Part shown: positions 51,355 through 62,032 of the stretch, in pieces | Numbering within the stretch: position 1 is the stretch's first letter | How the letters are laid out: each line of letters starts with the position of its first letter | Assembly (NCBI GenBank): GCA_020536535.1 | Contig: JAHLWZ010000873.1 | Coordinates: 1-63,947 of the forward strand | Reading direction: 5' to 3' | DNA: 63,947 nt | Source: Pelomyxa schiedti | Taxonomy: Eukaryota > Protista > Evosea | Notes under the pieces: model-generated | Database searches by the model: none | Told to the model about the DNA's origin: nothing | Seen by the model: only the letters and a program-made list of their open reading frames with translations | Made by a program: the position numbers and the translations under genes

Positions 51355-53467
51355 CTATAGATAAGCAAAGGAGAAGAAGCCCAGGTCTGTGGGCTCACCG
51401 TCGCTGTCAGGGTTTGGTGAGGGTGAAGTAGTGGGTGGTAGTGCTGCTGCGTTGGCAGTAGATGTTGCTGGTGATGAAGAAGCGGTGGTGTTGGGCGTTG
51501 TTGGAGGTACCTCTGGGGTCGTAGTAGTGGTGCTGTCGGAAGGATGTGATGGGGGGATTCCCATCCACTTGCTGGATACGCTTGTGGCAACCGCCAACCA
51601 ATAGGATAGGTAGTCCGTGCAGACGCGTTCTACGGCGGATTGCAGTGCGGATTTAAGTGCCTCAGAGAAAAACGAGAGAAGCCAGTTGTAGCAAAGCGCA
51701 GCTATGCTTGATGCAGAACTCTTGTCCACCACAACAGAAACAGTCCCAATGTTCACAGTTACGTTCAGCAACTTGAACACTGGAGCAGAAATGTGACCTT
51801 GCAGTGATCCTTGCCCTCTTACAAGCTCCATTGTTGCACCAAACGTAGAGTCCTTCACTTCTGCATTCGCAGTTCCAGAATCACCAATGCCGTGTGCTGA
51901 AGAGAACTCCCAAGCGAATGAACTTACCTTGACTCCCCAATGGGGAACGTGTAACACGACAATTCCTCTTGCCATGTCACAGTCCAATGTAGCATCTGAA
52001 AGATTGCAGTCAAATCCACCTAAAACCACTGAGTGCATTGCGTAGATGACATGCCCCAGTCTTGGATGTGCAACGTCACCAGAGATTTTACCAAGGGAAT
52101 CTTCAGGAAACATCAAGCCAGAGTCCAACACAAAAACTTCGAGGAGTGTGTGCTTCAACTTTTCCCAGCCCTTCTTGAGGATTTGGTAGTTCCAGTCAGT
52201 TGCCAGCTCCGTGTGCAATGCGTTGAAGTTCGTAGTGACTGACACTGCATGTTCACTACGGAGGAGTACAGTAAGATCCCCGAATGTTGTACGAAGGGCG
52301 TCAGTAGAATGCTGATGTTGGTCCATGGTAGTATTACGAACTGTTTGGAGGGCGGCAATGCATTCTGTTACTTCCTTGGCGCCCATTATCTCAGCAAAAA
52401 GCGGCGGCATCTTGGATTTTGGTTGCTGCCTTACTCCAACAAAGAGGGACCATAAGTGGTACAAAAGCTCTCCCAGCTTCCAGTTGTATGAACTTGTTTC
52501 TATTGTTTTTATTAGAAATCATATTTTGCAGGCTGATGCATACCGGACATCATACGCGTGAGAGTTGCCGTGATAACAACGACTCCTAGGTTCGCCAAGG
52601 CGTCAAGCAGCATTTCTAGTTGGCTTTGAGATATTTTCAACTTGGCAGCAAGAGGCATTAAGGTCTTGGATGCATCATCTTCCAGTGCTGCATGACCCTT
52701 CAGTAAAGAATCAAAGATAAAGCAGTGAGAAAGAACTGTAGTTGTACCTTGCGAATTCCCTCTTTAGCTGATTTTTGCCAAGCTTGAAGATCCAATGCGG
52801 AAAGAGCTGTAGAAATTTTCAACACTAGTTGGTCTATTTGAGTGCGACGCACAACAACACTTTCATTATTGCTTCAATGCGAAACAAAGGAAATGTTAGT
52901 ACATGAAATACCAAATTAAAAAAAGTACCTTAAGATTGACTCTAGCACGCTTGACGATAACTCCAAGATTTCTTTCAAAGCGCTCCCTTCCTCCAATCTC
53001 ACAAGGTTCTCAGATTTAGTTTCTGTGATGACGAGTTTGAGATAAAAAGGGGAGAAAGGAAGTCAACTTTCAGGTTGGGTGCCTGTCTCTGCCACACCAG
53101 CACTTGATTCAACCGCAGCGGCGGAGCTTGTAACCTCAGCATTTCCAGGAGTCTCCGAAGTCGCTGTTGTGTTGGAAGCCGACGCCTCCGCCTCGGCTGC
53201 CTCGGCCTTCACTGCTTCACGAGCTCTCTCCAGGGATTTCGCCACAATGCCTTTAGCAGCGGATAACAACTCCCTAGAGCCAGCCAAGGCCACATCCAGT
53301 TTGCTCGTGGATCCGCGGCGGCCCGCTTTCAGCCTCAGGATCTTCATTTGTTGCACAACCTCGTACACCTGGTTAGCCACCTCCCTCGTCCTCCCGTCCA
53401 GCACCACCATACCACCGCTCGCCGTATTAGCGACACCGACCCTGCTCGCACTACTACTAGCACTCAT
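51355..53467 (-). CDS. Helical N-terminus plus BPI/LBP (TULIP)-like C-terminal domain, putative lipid-binding protein
   Basis: Alternating beta pattern with FAWEF..DSGTANAEVKD and a closing helix YNWLLSFFSEALKSALQSAVE typical of BPI-like folds. Confidence 0.55.
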
Positions 53468-53656
53468 TTCTTTGTGCAATTTCTGAGATCTAGCAAGGGG
53501 CACGGCCCAAGACGCTCGTACGAAGGTTTTTTTTTGTTTTAATTGTTTCGGATGTCCAAGAGACATAAGGGGAGATCCCAGTGACACACGACCCCTGCTC
53601 CCTTGCGCTTTTCCTGATCAGATCTAATTAATTAACCTGTGCAACTGCAGTTCGGC

Positions 53657-55177
53657 ATGAAACCTGTGCGGAGAGCGAGGTGAGTGACGGCAAGATGTGT
53701 GCATACTACACATATTAATACATACGACCACGTCTGTGTTGTTTTTTGTTTTGCCGTTTCGTTCGTTCCCGGGAACGGCCGATTAAATATTGCACAGAAA
53801 CAAGGCGCAACAAGTGGCACGATTACTTTCACAAGCGGCTACTCTCGTGGATGAGGGCGATGCCGACGGCGCTACAGAGAAATACGAACGCGCACTTAAA
53901 ATCGACCCGAACTGCACAATTGCGATGGACGGCCTCGGGGAGCTTAGGGCGTCGATAGGAGACGTGGATAGAGCGAGAGAGCTGTTTGTAAAGAGTATTC
54001 AGAAAGCACCTGATAGCGGCGCCAGTAAATACTTCAATCTTAGTCAGTTGTGTGATTCGGAGGGCGAGGCATTGCAGTACCACCGGAAGGGAATCACAAT
54101 TTTATCTAGAGACCTCACTATGGTAAATGAGGGAAAGGTAATGCCCCCATCTTGCTTGCATTTATATGTAGCGCGGAAGAGTCAAAAGTTAAACAGACGT
54201 GCTCATTTTTTTTTCCCCCCCAGTTGCCTGGAAATGCAAAAGAAATGACCGAGACATTATGTTCAGCCTATTCTAGTTTCGCTGAACTGTTTTTAAGCAA
54301 CAATTAGTGTGGCATCCGTTCCAAAACTTTGTTATCTGACGAAATCAAGTGGAACTGAAGAGGAATGTGAAGAAATGCTAAGAAGAGGTTTAGTGCTAGT
54401 TCCGACTCACTACGAACTTCTACAAGTGTGGCTATTTGACATCATGAGTTACATTCTTCTCACCTATGCTCAGACCTTAGCAAGCCTTCGAATCACACAA
54501 AGCCGACAACCTGAAGCTCTCGAGCTGTTGAAAAACAGCTATTCACAGTGGTCTAAAAAAGGTTTCCCTTGTGCCTTATTTGCATTCCTTTTGCACTAAG
54601 CATGCATTTTCAAGTCTAGACCTTGAGGATTGGCCAACTTATGCTTTTTGCCATAATACAGCGAAAATGTTCGTAGAGTTAGGAGAGCATCGCTCCGCCA
54701 CCGATATTCTTGAAGGAATGCTTGAATTGGAGGTTTTTCTTTCTTTTTTCTTGTGGCTATTCAAGTGACGATAAACATAAGGACAACATAGCGGAAGTTT
54801 GGCATTTACTTTCCTTAGCCTACAGTTATTTTGATCTTCCCGCGGCATTTGAATCCTTAAAGCGCACACAAGAGGTTTCTTTCCCCCGCTGCACTGCAGC
54901 CATCACTTTCCCCCGCTGCACTGCAGCCATCACTTGACCAAAGTTGTAGCTAATGACCCGATTGGAAGAACCTGATGAAGAGTTAGAAGCGGAGGTTGCG
55001 TCCCTTGTGAAAAGATTGACAGAGCTTGACCCAGACGGCAAGATAAAAGCAGAATGTGATGAACAAGAGAACGAGGAAGAAGCTGCTGTTGATGAAGATG
55101 ACGACGACGCAGGGCCAGTTGATTCAGACAAGGAAGAGAGCGATAGTGAGCCAGACAGTGACGAGGAGCTCACTTGA
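53657..55177 (+). CDS. ACL4: Acl4-like TPR assembly chaperone of Rpl4
   Basis: TPRs; APDSGASKYFNLSQL..EALQYHRKGI, LCSAYSSFAELF, ELLQTLASLRITQSRQPEA, PTYAFCHNTAKMFVEL, EVWHL; acidic tail. Confidence 0.8.
54880..54933. repeat. Intronic 27-bp tandem duplication
   Basis: tttcccccgctgcactgcagccatcac x2, each copy with an internal gctgca-c-tgcagc inverted repeat. Confidence 0.9.
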
Positions 55178-55341
55178 TAACACTTCTCCAAAGTGACACC
55201 TTTTTGGCTCTATGTAAAGAAAGAAAAAAAGAAGCCCATGTGGGCACTACAGTTCATGTGTGGAAATTTTTCTTCCCCTTTTTCTGATTTGGGTTCTGTT
55301 TGTTGTTTGACCAGAAATTACAACATTAATTTCCGAGAGGG

Positions 55342-56483
55342 CTAGTGGTGATCAGGAGAGCGTGGGTGGGAGTGTGATTTGGATCGAGGGGCCTCAGGTG
55401 CAGCACCTGTTGAACTTGTGGCTGAGGAAGAACTTTGTGCCTTGCGGTCTGGTGATGGTTGTCTAGGGGCCGGAGGGGAGTGTGATCTTCTGGGCGAATG
55501 GGAGCGTCTTGGTGGGGAGCGGCTGTCTCTGCGGGCCGGCGACCTGGTTCTTTGCCGCGGGGAGCCGGGAGAGCGTGAGCGAGAGCGGGAGCGTGACCTG
55601 GAGCGAGAGCGGGAGCGGGAGCGGCGGGGCGGGGACCGGCTGTCTCTGCGTGAGCCTCCCCATCTTCCATTGCTGCCAGAGTTCCCTGATGGGCAGTTCC
55701 TTGCTATGTGTCCTTCATTTCCGCAGGTATAGCATTTGCCAGAGCCGCCGGGTCCTATAGGAGAGTAAGGGTTTTTTTGGTTGGAGGGATGAACAATGTA
55801 GGGTGGTGAGGAAATTTTATGACCTCGGTCCCATCAATGCGATGAACATATTGTGCAAACACCAATGTGGAAATGTGATGAAAATGAAACACGAGATTTC
55901 AGTCATTCACGAACTGGAGTGTGATGCAAAACTTTGCTGATTGCAAGCAAGGAGAACAGAAAAGAAAAGAAACAGGAGATGCTCCTCGAAGGAGGTAAAA
56001 AAAAAGAATGAAAACAAAGAAGGGAAAAGAGAGCAAAAATCAAAAGAAAAAAAAAGAAACCCCTATTGTGCCCAGAAACGGATCTTCCGTGGGCCCACTG
56101 TACTGTAATCCTAGCACCATGAAGAGTGGACCCATCAAGATCGTGGATAGCATCTTCAGCGCTCCTCTTATCCCTCAGTTGCACAAACCCGTAACCTATA
56201 AATCACATTTACCAAGGAGTGGTAGGTTCGTTTGGTTTTTGTGCAAAATAAAGCGCAACTAACGTAACAAAAAGCGAGAAGGGAACAAACCTCGGCCCGA
56301 AATGATCACGCATTTTTCTATCTCCCCAAAGCGACGAAATGCCCCCTCCAATTCTTCACTTGTGGTACCGTAATCTAGCCTCCCTGTGGTAAAAACGTTA
56401 CAAAAAAAAAAATAATAATAATAAAAGAAAAAGGCGTATCCCACGCACGTTACAACACGCAACATACCAACAAACAACGACAT
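55342..56483 (-). CDS. SR splicing factor with RRM, CCHC zinc knuckle and RS domain (SRSF7/RSZ-like)
   Basis: MSLFVG|RLDYGTTSEELEGAFRRFGEI..GFVQLRDKRSAEDAIHDLDG..ITVQWA; KCYTCGNEGHIARNC; RSRSRS repeats. Confidence 0.92.
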
Positions 56484-56725
56484 GATGTCTGTAAACGACA
56501 AGAGATCTACGGGTAGGCTTCTTGGTTATTTTTTAGTTTTGCTTATTTTGACAAGTTGGCTTGATGTTTCTACTCCAGCAACTGCCACAACATTTCACGT
56601 TCCACGAACAACAAAAAATTTTCCATCAAAGAAAAAAAACGCATCTATTACCCTGTGCGACACAGCAAGTCCCCGATCTATTCAATCTCTCAATCAATCA
56701 AACAATCACACACAGTCAGTTGAAT

Positions 56726-57918
56726 TCAGTGTGAGGAGAATCCATTGTCAATGACGAGGCTGTGACCCAGTACACCCTTGGACCAGCCAGACAAGAGCCA
56801 AAGGGCAGAGTTGGCCACGTCATCATCACAGAGGTACTTGCCAGTGGGAAGGTGTGACTCAAACTCACGTGCCACGTCGCTGCATGACTGTCCTGACCTC
56901 TGTGAAATCGCTGTTTTTTTTTTTTGGTTAGTGGCCATAAAAGGAAAGGGAATTTGCGAAGGAATTCTATACTTCACATAATAAAGGCTCGAGGAAGAGA
57001 AAGAGATAGAGAAAGGGAAAGGAGGGGTGGGTACCGGCAACAAAGTTCCTGAGAGAATCACTGTCTACTGTTGGTCCCACGTCCAAGGTATTGATTCGGA
57101 TCCCGCAGTTGGCATACTCAAGGGCTGCGGACTTGGAAAGTCCTTCTACTGCCATCTTGGTCATGATGTGCCTTGGGAATTCGTTAACTCATTGTGAGGA
57201 GGAATCAGAGAATAATACGGTCCAAGGTACGGAATTGGCCTCTGCGTGAAGGTAGATGACACATTGACAATGGTTCCCTTCTTGTTTTTCATCATCATCT
57301 TGATTTCAGCTTGCATTCCCCATATCTAGGCAATGTAAAGAAAACACTCACAAGTAATTTCCTCGGCCAGAGCTGAGGAAACACACCACTCCCCAGACAT
57401 TGACAGAAAGTGCTTTCTCAAAATCTTCATCTGTAAGTTCAGCCAAAGGCGCAATGGAAGGGTGCTCAGTTGCTTCTCCAGCGCAGTTCAGTGCACAATC
57501 AAGCCTTTGTGTGTATTAGAAGGTTTTAGTACGTATCTAGTTCAAGGAACCTGTCATGTCTCTCAGTTATCGTGTTCATCAGATTTTCCCAGCTCTCCTT
57601 CTTGGTCACATCCTTTACAAACAAGTCAGTATTGGGAGTCATCATTCAACAAAAAAATGCAAACTATGACAAAGTCCTGAGGTAGAAACGTAGAAAAAAA
57701 AACCAGCCAATAATAAGACATAGCCAACACACAGTGTGAACATAGCAAGCTCTTCCAGGATGCGTAGAATTGAGCTCCTCCACCAAAGGATCCATGTTGC
57801 TCCTCGACGCCAACACCACACTGGCTCCATGCCTCACCAACAACTTACTGGTCTGAACCCCAAGTGGGCAACTGGCACCAACAACAAGAACCACATTCCC
57901 CTCAAACTCCCTTGACAT
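56726..57918 (-). CDS. Short-chain dehydrogenase/reductase (atypical)
   Basis: FEGNVVLVVGASCPLG, RLDCALNCAG, GTIVNVSS, TKMAVEGLSKSAALEYANCGIRIN, GHSLVIDNG. Confidence 0.88.
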
Positions 57919-58095
57919 GTTTATTCCGCGTTTGTTTCCTCCTCCTAGAGCTCTTATTATGCAACAATAAACACCTTGTTCTGCCACTTGGTGGGGCCAT
58001 TTGCACCACAGTAACCCATCATCACCACAAAGAAAAAACTTTTCAAAAGCCAAATGAAAAAACAAATTTGATTGGTTTTCGAAACGGTTCCGTTT

Positions 58096-61000
58096 TTACA
58101 CCCTCAGGCTCCGCGTGCCCCAGGATACATCGTCAAAGTTGCACACTGAGTAGATGGGCACAATGACATACCTTGGTGTGTGGGTTAATGTGAGGAGTGG
58201 TATAAATGGGTGTGGCTTACATCACTGGTGTCATCAGTAACCAACACACGGGTGCTATCACGGACAGAACGGACACCCACTGCCTGTGTATGAGTGCCGC
58301 GGATACAATGATGGCAACCTGCAATTATGTTAATGATTTGAGTTACCTAGCTTCACATACCCAGGAAACTATTACAACAAGCTCAATCCAGAATCGAATC
58401 AGAAACATCTTAAAGTTGAGAACAATGCCGAGTATCATGATTACGATAATGCAAGCCCCAATAAGAGCACTGAACACTGCGTTAGTAATGTTACAACAAT
58501 ATTGGCTCTCCTACCTTCCATGAAACCACCAGTACAACTTCTCAGCAGAAGTAGTGAGCGATAGCACAATCAACAAGATTACCCAGAGAACTACAATACC
58601 CAGAACAATGGGGGGATACACTCCCATCTCTCCTCCGATCTCAAAAAAGAGCATGAGCACAGCTGTGGGTAATGTCAATGAGCTTCCCAATTCTATTGCT
58701 AAGGACAGTAGCAGTGGAATAGCCATTGGTCTGCGCACGTGTGTCACCAATATTGTCTTTAAAACTGTCAGAGTGGCAGAGGGGATGGATTTAAATGCGA
58801 ACCATATTGACGAGTGTTGAGTTGATCCACCTCCGCCTCTGCTTGATTAAATTGACTAAGGTTGCGGGCACATCCGTTCGAGCAACGGCATTGGCACAGT
58901 ACCCGGTATCCCACCCAGATTGTATAAGCAGTGTAGTTAGAGTTCTGTCTTCCCCAAGATCCAGTTGGTTCTTCTGCCACACCTCAAGAGGAGTAAGAAG
59001 AAAGTAGGATGAGAAAGCGTCTTTTACTGTCAGAGATTCACTGAGATAGTCATTGAGAACAAATTCAAGTGCCTGAGGCCTTATCACACAGAAGGCACCA
59101 GGTAAACAGGTTACCTACGCCGAATGGTGCATTAATTACTAAAAAGAGAAGGAATCAAGTTACCATTCCAAACCAATTTTCAGCTGTCTTTGCCAGGAAT
59201 TGATTGCTCTTGTACTCAAAATACTGGGTTAAAGCTAATGGATCTTTCTTCCATGAAAGGACTTCAATCTGAGTGGAGTGGTTTGTAGAGTGGGAATCAG
59301 GAATAGTGGTTCGAGAGGCAACCTCCCCACAAGCCCCACCCATACTCTCACGTTTGGTGAGAAATTGGTACAGCTTCTTGAAATTATTGCGAGAATGCTC
59401 CCACGCGAACATTGTGTCAGAGTCAACGAACTGAAGATAATGTCATTCAAGGAAGACCCAACTCTAACACACACAAATATGGCATCTGCAGTCTTTTTGG
59501 TAACTCCTTGGTCCATGTACTCAAAGAATACTAGTAATGTACAGTTGTGACCTCTTAAAAGGATTGATGTTATTGACAACAATACCTTGGTGTGAGTGCC
59601 TCTTGCCAGCATTTGTGTGTTTAAGGAGAACAACAAAAGGAGAACCGCGCACAGTTTGTCCTCTGTATACCGCCATTTTATCCGGCATTATCTTTATTTC
59701 GATAAATAAAAGGAAGATAGTGGTACCCAATAGGTGTACCGTTGGATCCCATTTTGCCAAGTCGGGCACGAACTTTATTGTGCCCTCACTCGGGTCGATA
59801 ACAATGTTATCTGGGGTGATTCCATGGAGTCGTGAAATGAGGAACTTTGCGGCTTCACACTGTTGCTCATCAAAAACTCCTTGGTTTAGGACTCAATGAC
59901 ATGCATATCCCACCATTTCTCTACAAACCTTCTCTGTCAAACCGTCCGTCAACAATAAAAACCAGTTGTATATAACGAGCAGAAAAAGGGAGATTGGAGA
60001 GTTCAAAAGATCGAACACCAGCTTCAAGTTCATCATTTTTTTCGTGGTGAACCGTGATGCACGCAGTTACGAGGATAGGATGATCTAGAAACATATTCAA
60101 TTTTAGCTGAGCTACATCGGTTATAGCATCGTTCGTTTTTAACCTTCGTACACCTGGGATCCACAAACAGAACAGTACTGACTGCCCATGACTTCTTGGT
60201 AGTTGCAGGTATGGCAAGAAACTAAATCCTTTCAATGAGATGAAAATGATGACCATAAAGAACACATACACTTAGGTGCTGAAATATGCCAAGTTCGTGC
60301 TGGTGGTTTCCCTGGGTCCTCAGGGTCTACAGATCGACTCGGGGCTCTCCGCACATGAGGTTTGCATCCTTGCATCAATGAACCAAAGATAAACTTTGGG
60401 AGAGCAGAAAGAACGATGTACATCAAAAAAATTCTGGAATGGGCTTGTTGGTGAGCTTGCTGAATTCGGAGAGAGGAGTTACATTTGAACAAGAATTGAG
60501 GGTGCCAACTGCATGACAACCATAAAGATAACGTTGGACATCAAGAATATAGCGAACAGCTTCATTTTAGTCTTGTAGGCAGAGAGTTTCCACTGGTCAT
60601 CAGCTTTTGTAGAATGTCCAGGTAAAATTGGTGCCAACTCAATTGCAGCACGTTGTGCAATTGATGGTTGTTGGTTGGGATCCCCAGATAACTCACTCTC
60701 ACTGTTCAGTGCGGTGCTAATATCATCAGTATCTTCCGTTTGGCTATTACCATCTTGGTCATTCTCCAGGCTCCTTGGTTCAAGTTCTCCTTCTGCAGAG
60801 ACTCCACCACCATCGGAAAAATCGTCCGCATCACTGCTCTCAATAGAAGAAGTAGCCTCAATAAGATCATCACTGCCCCATTGCATTTGGTTCGCTTCAC
60901 TCCCAGCCTCTTCTGAGCCGCTGAATAGCACCTCCGGCCTCACTCCTGCGTCGTCGAGCCCGCGTTGCAGGGAATCTCCATCGCGATGTCCCGCAGTTTC

Positions 61001-61309
61001 GTCCTTGTCTCCTGCAGTGGAACCGGCGTCGTACGGCGCGTCGCTGCGTGATCCAGGTTGACTTCCATTGGCCTTTTCTCTTGCGCCGCCTTCGCCTTCT
61101 TTCACAGTCACATCGTAGTAATCATCCGCGGCGGTTTTCCCACTCACATCAGCATTCTTCGTCACCACTCGCGCGGCGTCGTCGCCGCCGCCGCCGCTTC
61201 CAGATCTGGATCTAGATCCGCGGCTCGCCGCGCGCGCCGTGCCACTCTTGTCGCGACAGCCACCATTCCTCCTCCCGGATGACCGACTACTTGCGTTGCT
61301 GTTGCCCAT
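58096..61309 (-). CDS. CHS: Chitin synthase (GT2)
   Basis: LLKHTNAGKRHS, FVDSDT, GGACGE, QYFEY, TCLPGAF, LGEDRTL, TDVP, QRRRWIN, multiple TM helices, C-terminal NFDDVSWGTR. Confidence 0.95.
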
Positions 61310-61964
61310 GGCCCACCACTTGTTGTTGTCTGCCTGGGCATTGTCTTTGCGCAACGCCAAAGTCACAAGTTTTTACTTTTTTTTTGTTTTCCCCTTCCTC
61401 ACGTACCAACTTGGCTCTGGGCTGCAATGAGCCGGGGCGAGACAAGCTTGGTCAGTCGGACTGGGAGACTTGCGGTCGTCCAGGATGAGGGTGACAGGGA
61501 GTGCCAGTGCTGTGCGGTGTGGAAAGGGAGTGGAGTGAACTCGCGTGTTCCATGTGCCACTCTCGCGAGAGGGAGGTGTTGTGTTGGTTGTGTTGGTTGT
61601 GTGTGGGTGTGGGTGTGGGTGTGGCGTTTGGGGGGTATGTCCTGGTTTGTTGACATCTTGAGAGCCGTGTATGATCCATCTATCAAGAGCAGACTCCCGC
61701 ATGAAACAGATTCCCAGAAGCCATAGCCACATTTGCGCACGCCTGTGGCACTGTGCACGTCAGTTCAGTGTGCGGCTTGGTCGCTTCTATATTTCCGCAT
61801 TGTGCACCTTGTGGGTGGTGTCGTTCAGTCGTTCAAGTATAGAAGCAGCTTATCTTGGTGTCACTTAATGTCTGGGCATGCTTCCCAAACGCTGAGAGGG
61901 ACACAGCCCAACTCCATCCGGCAGGGTGAATGTGAGAACGGAGCCAGGGGTGAGAAATGTTCAA

Positions 61965-62032
61965 GTTTGTGCACTCTGATTTCCCTACCCACACTTGAAT
62001 ATCCTTGGGTGGGGAAATCAGAGTGCACAAAC
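61965..62032. repeat. Long inverted repeat / hairpin (21-bp perfect arms)
   Basis: gtttgtgcactctgatttccc (61965-61985) pairs with gggaaatcagagtgcacaaac (62012-62032); further pairing (accca/tgggt) towards the loop. Confidence 0.9.

Noticed and set aside
54296-54310. Apparent in-frame TAG in the Acl4-like gene (stop readthrough or recoding)
   Set aside because: The TAG spans a splice donor (TA|GT..AAG|T gives Tyr); no evidence for an alternative genetic code in the window.
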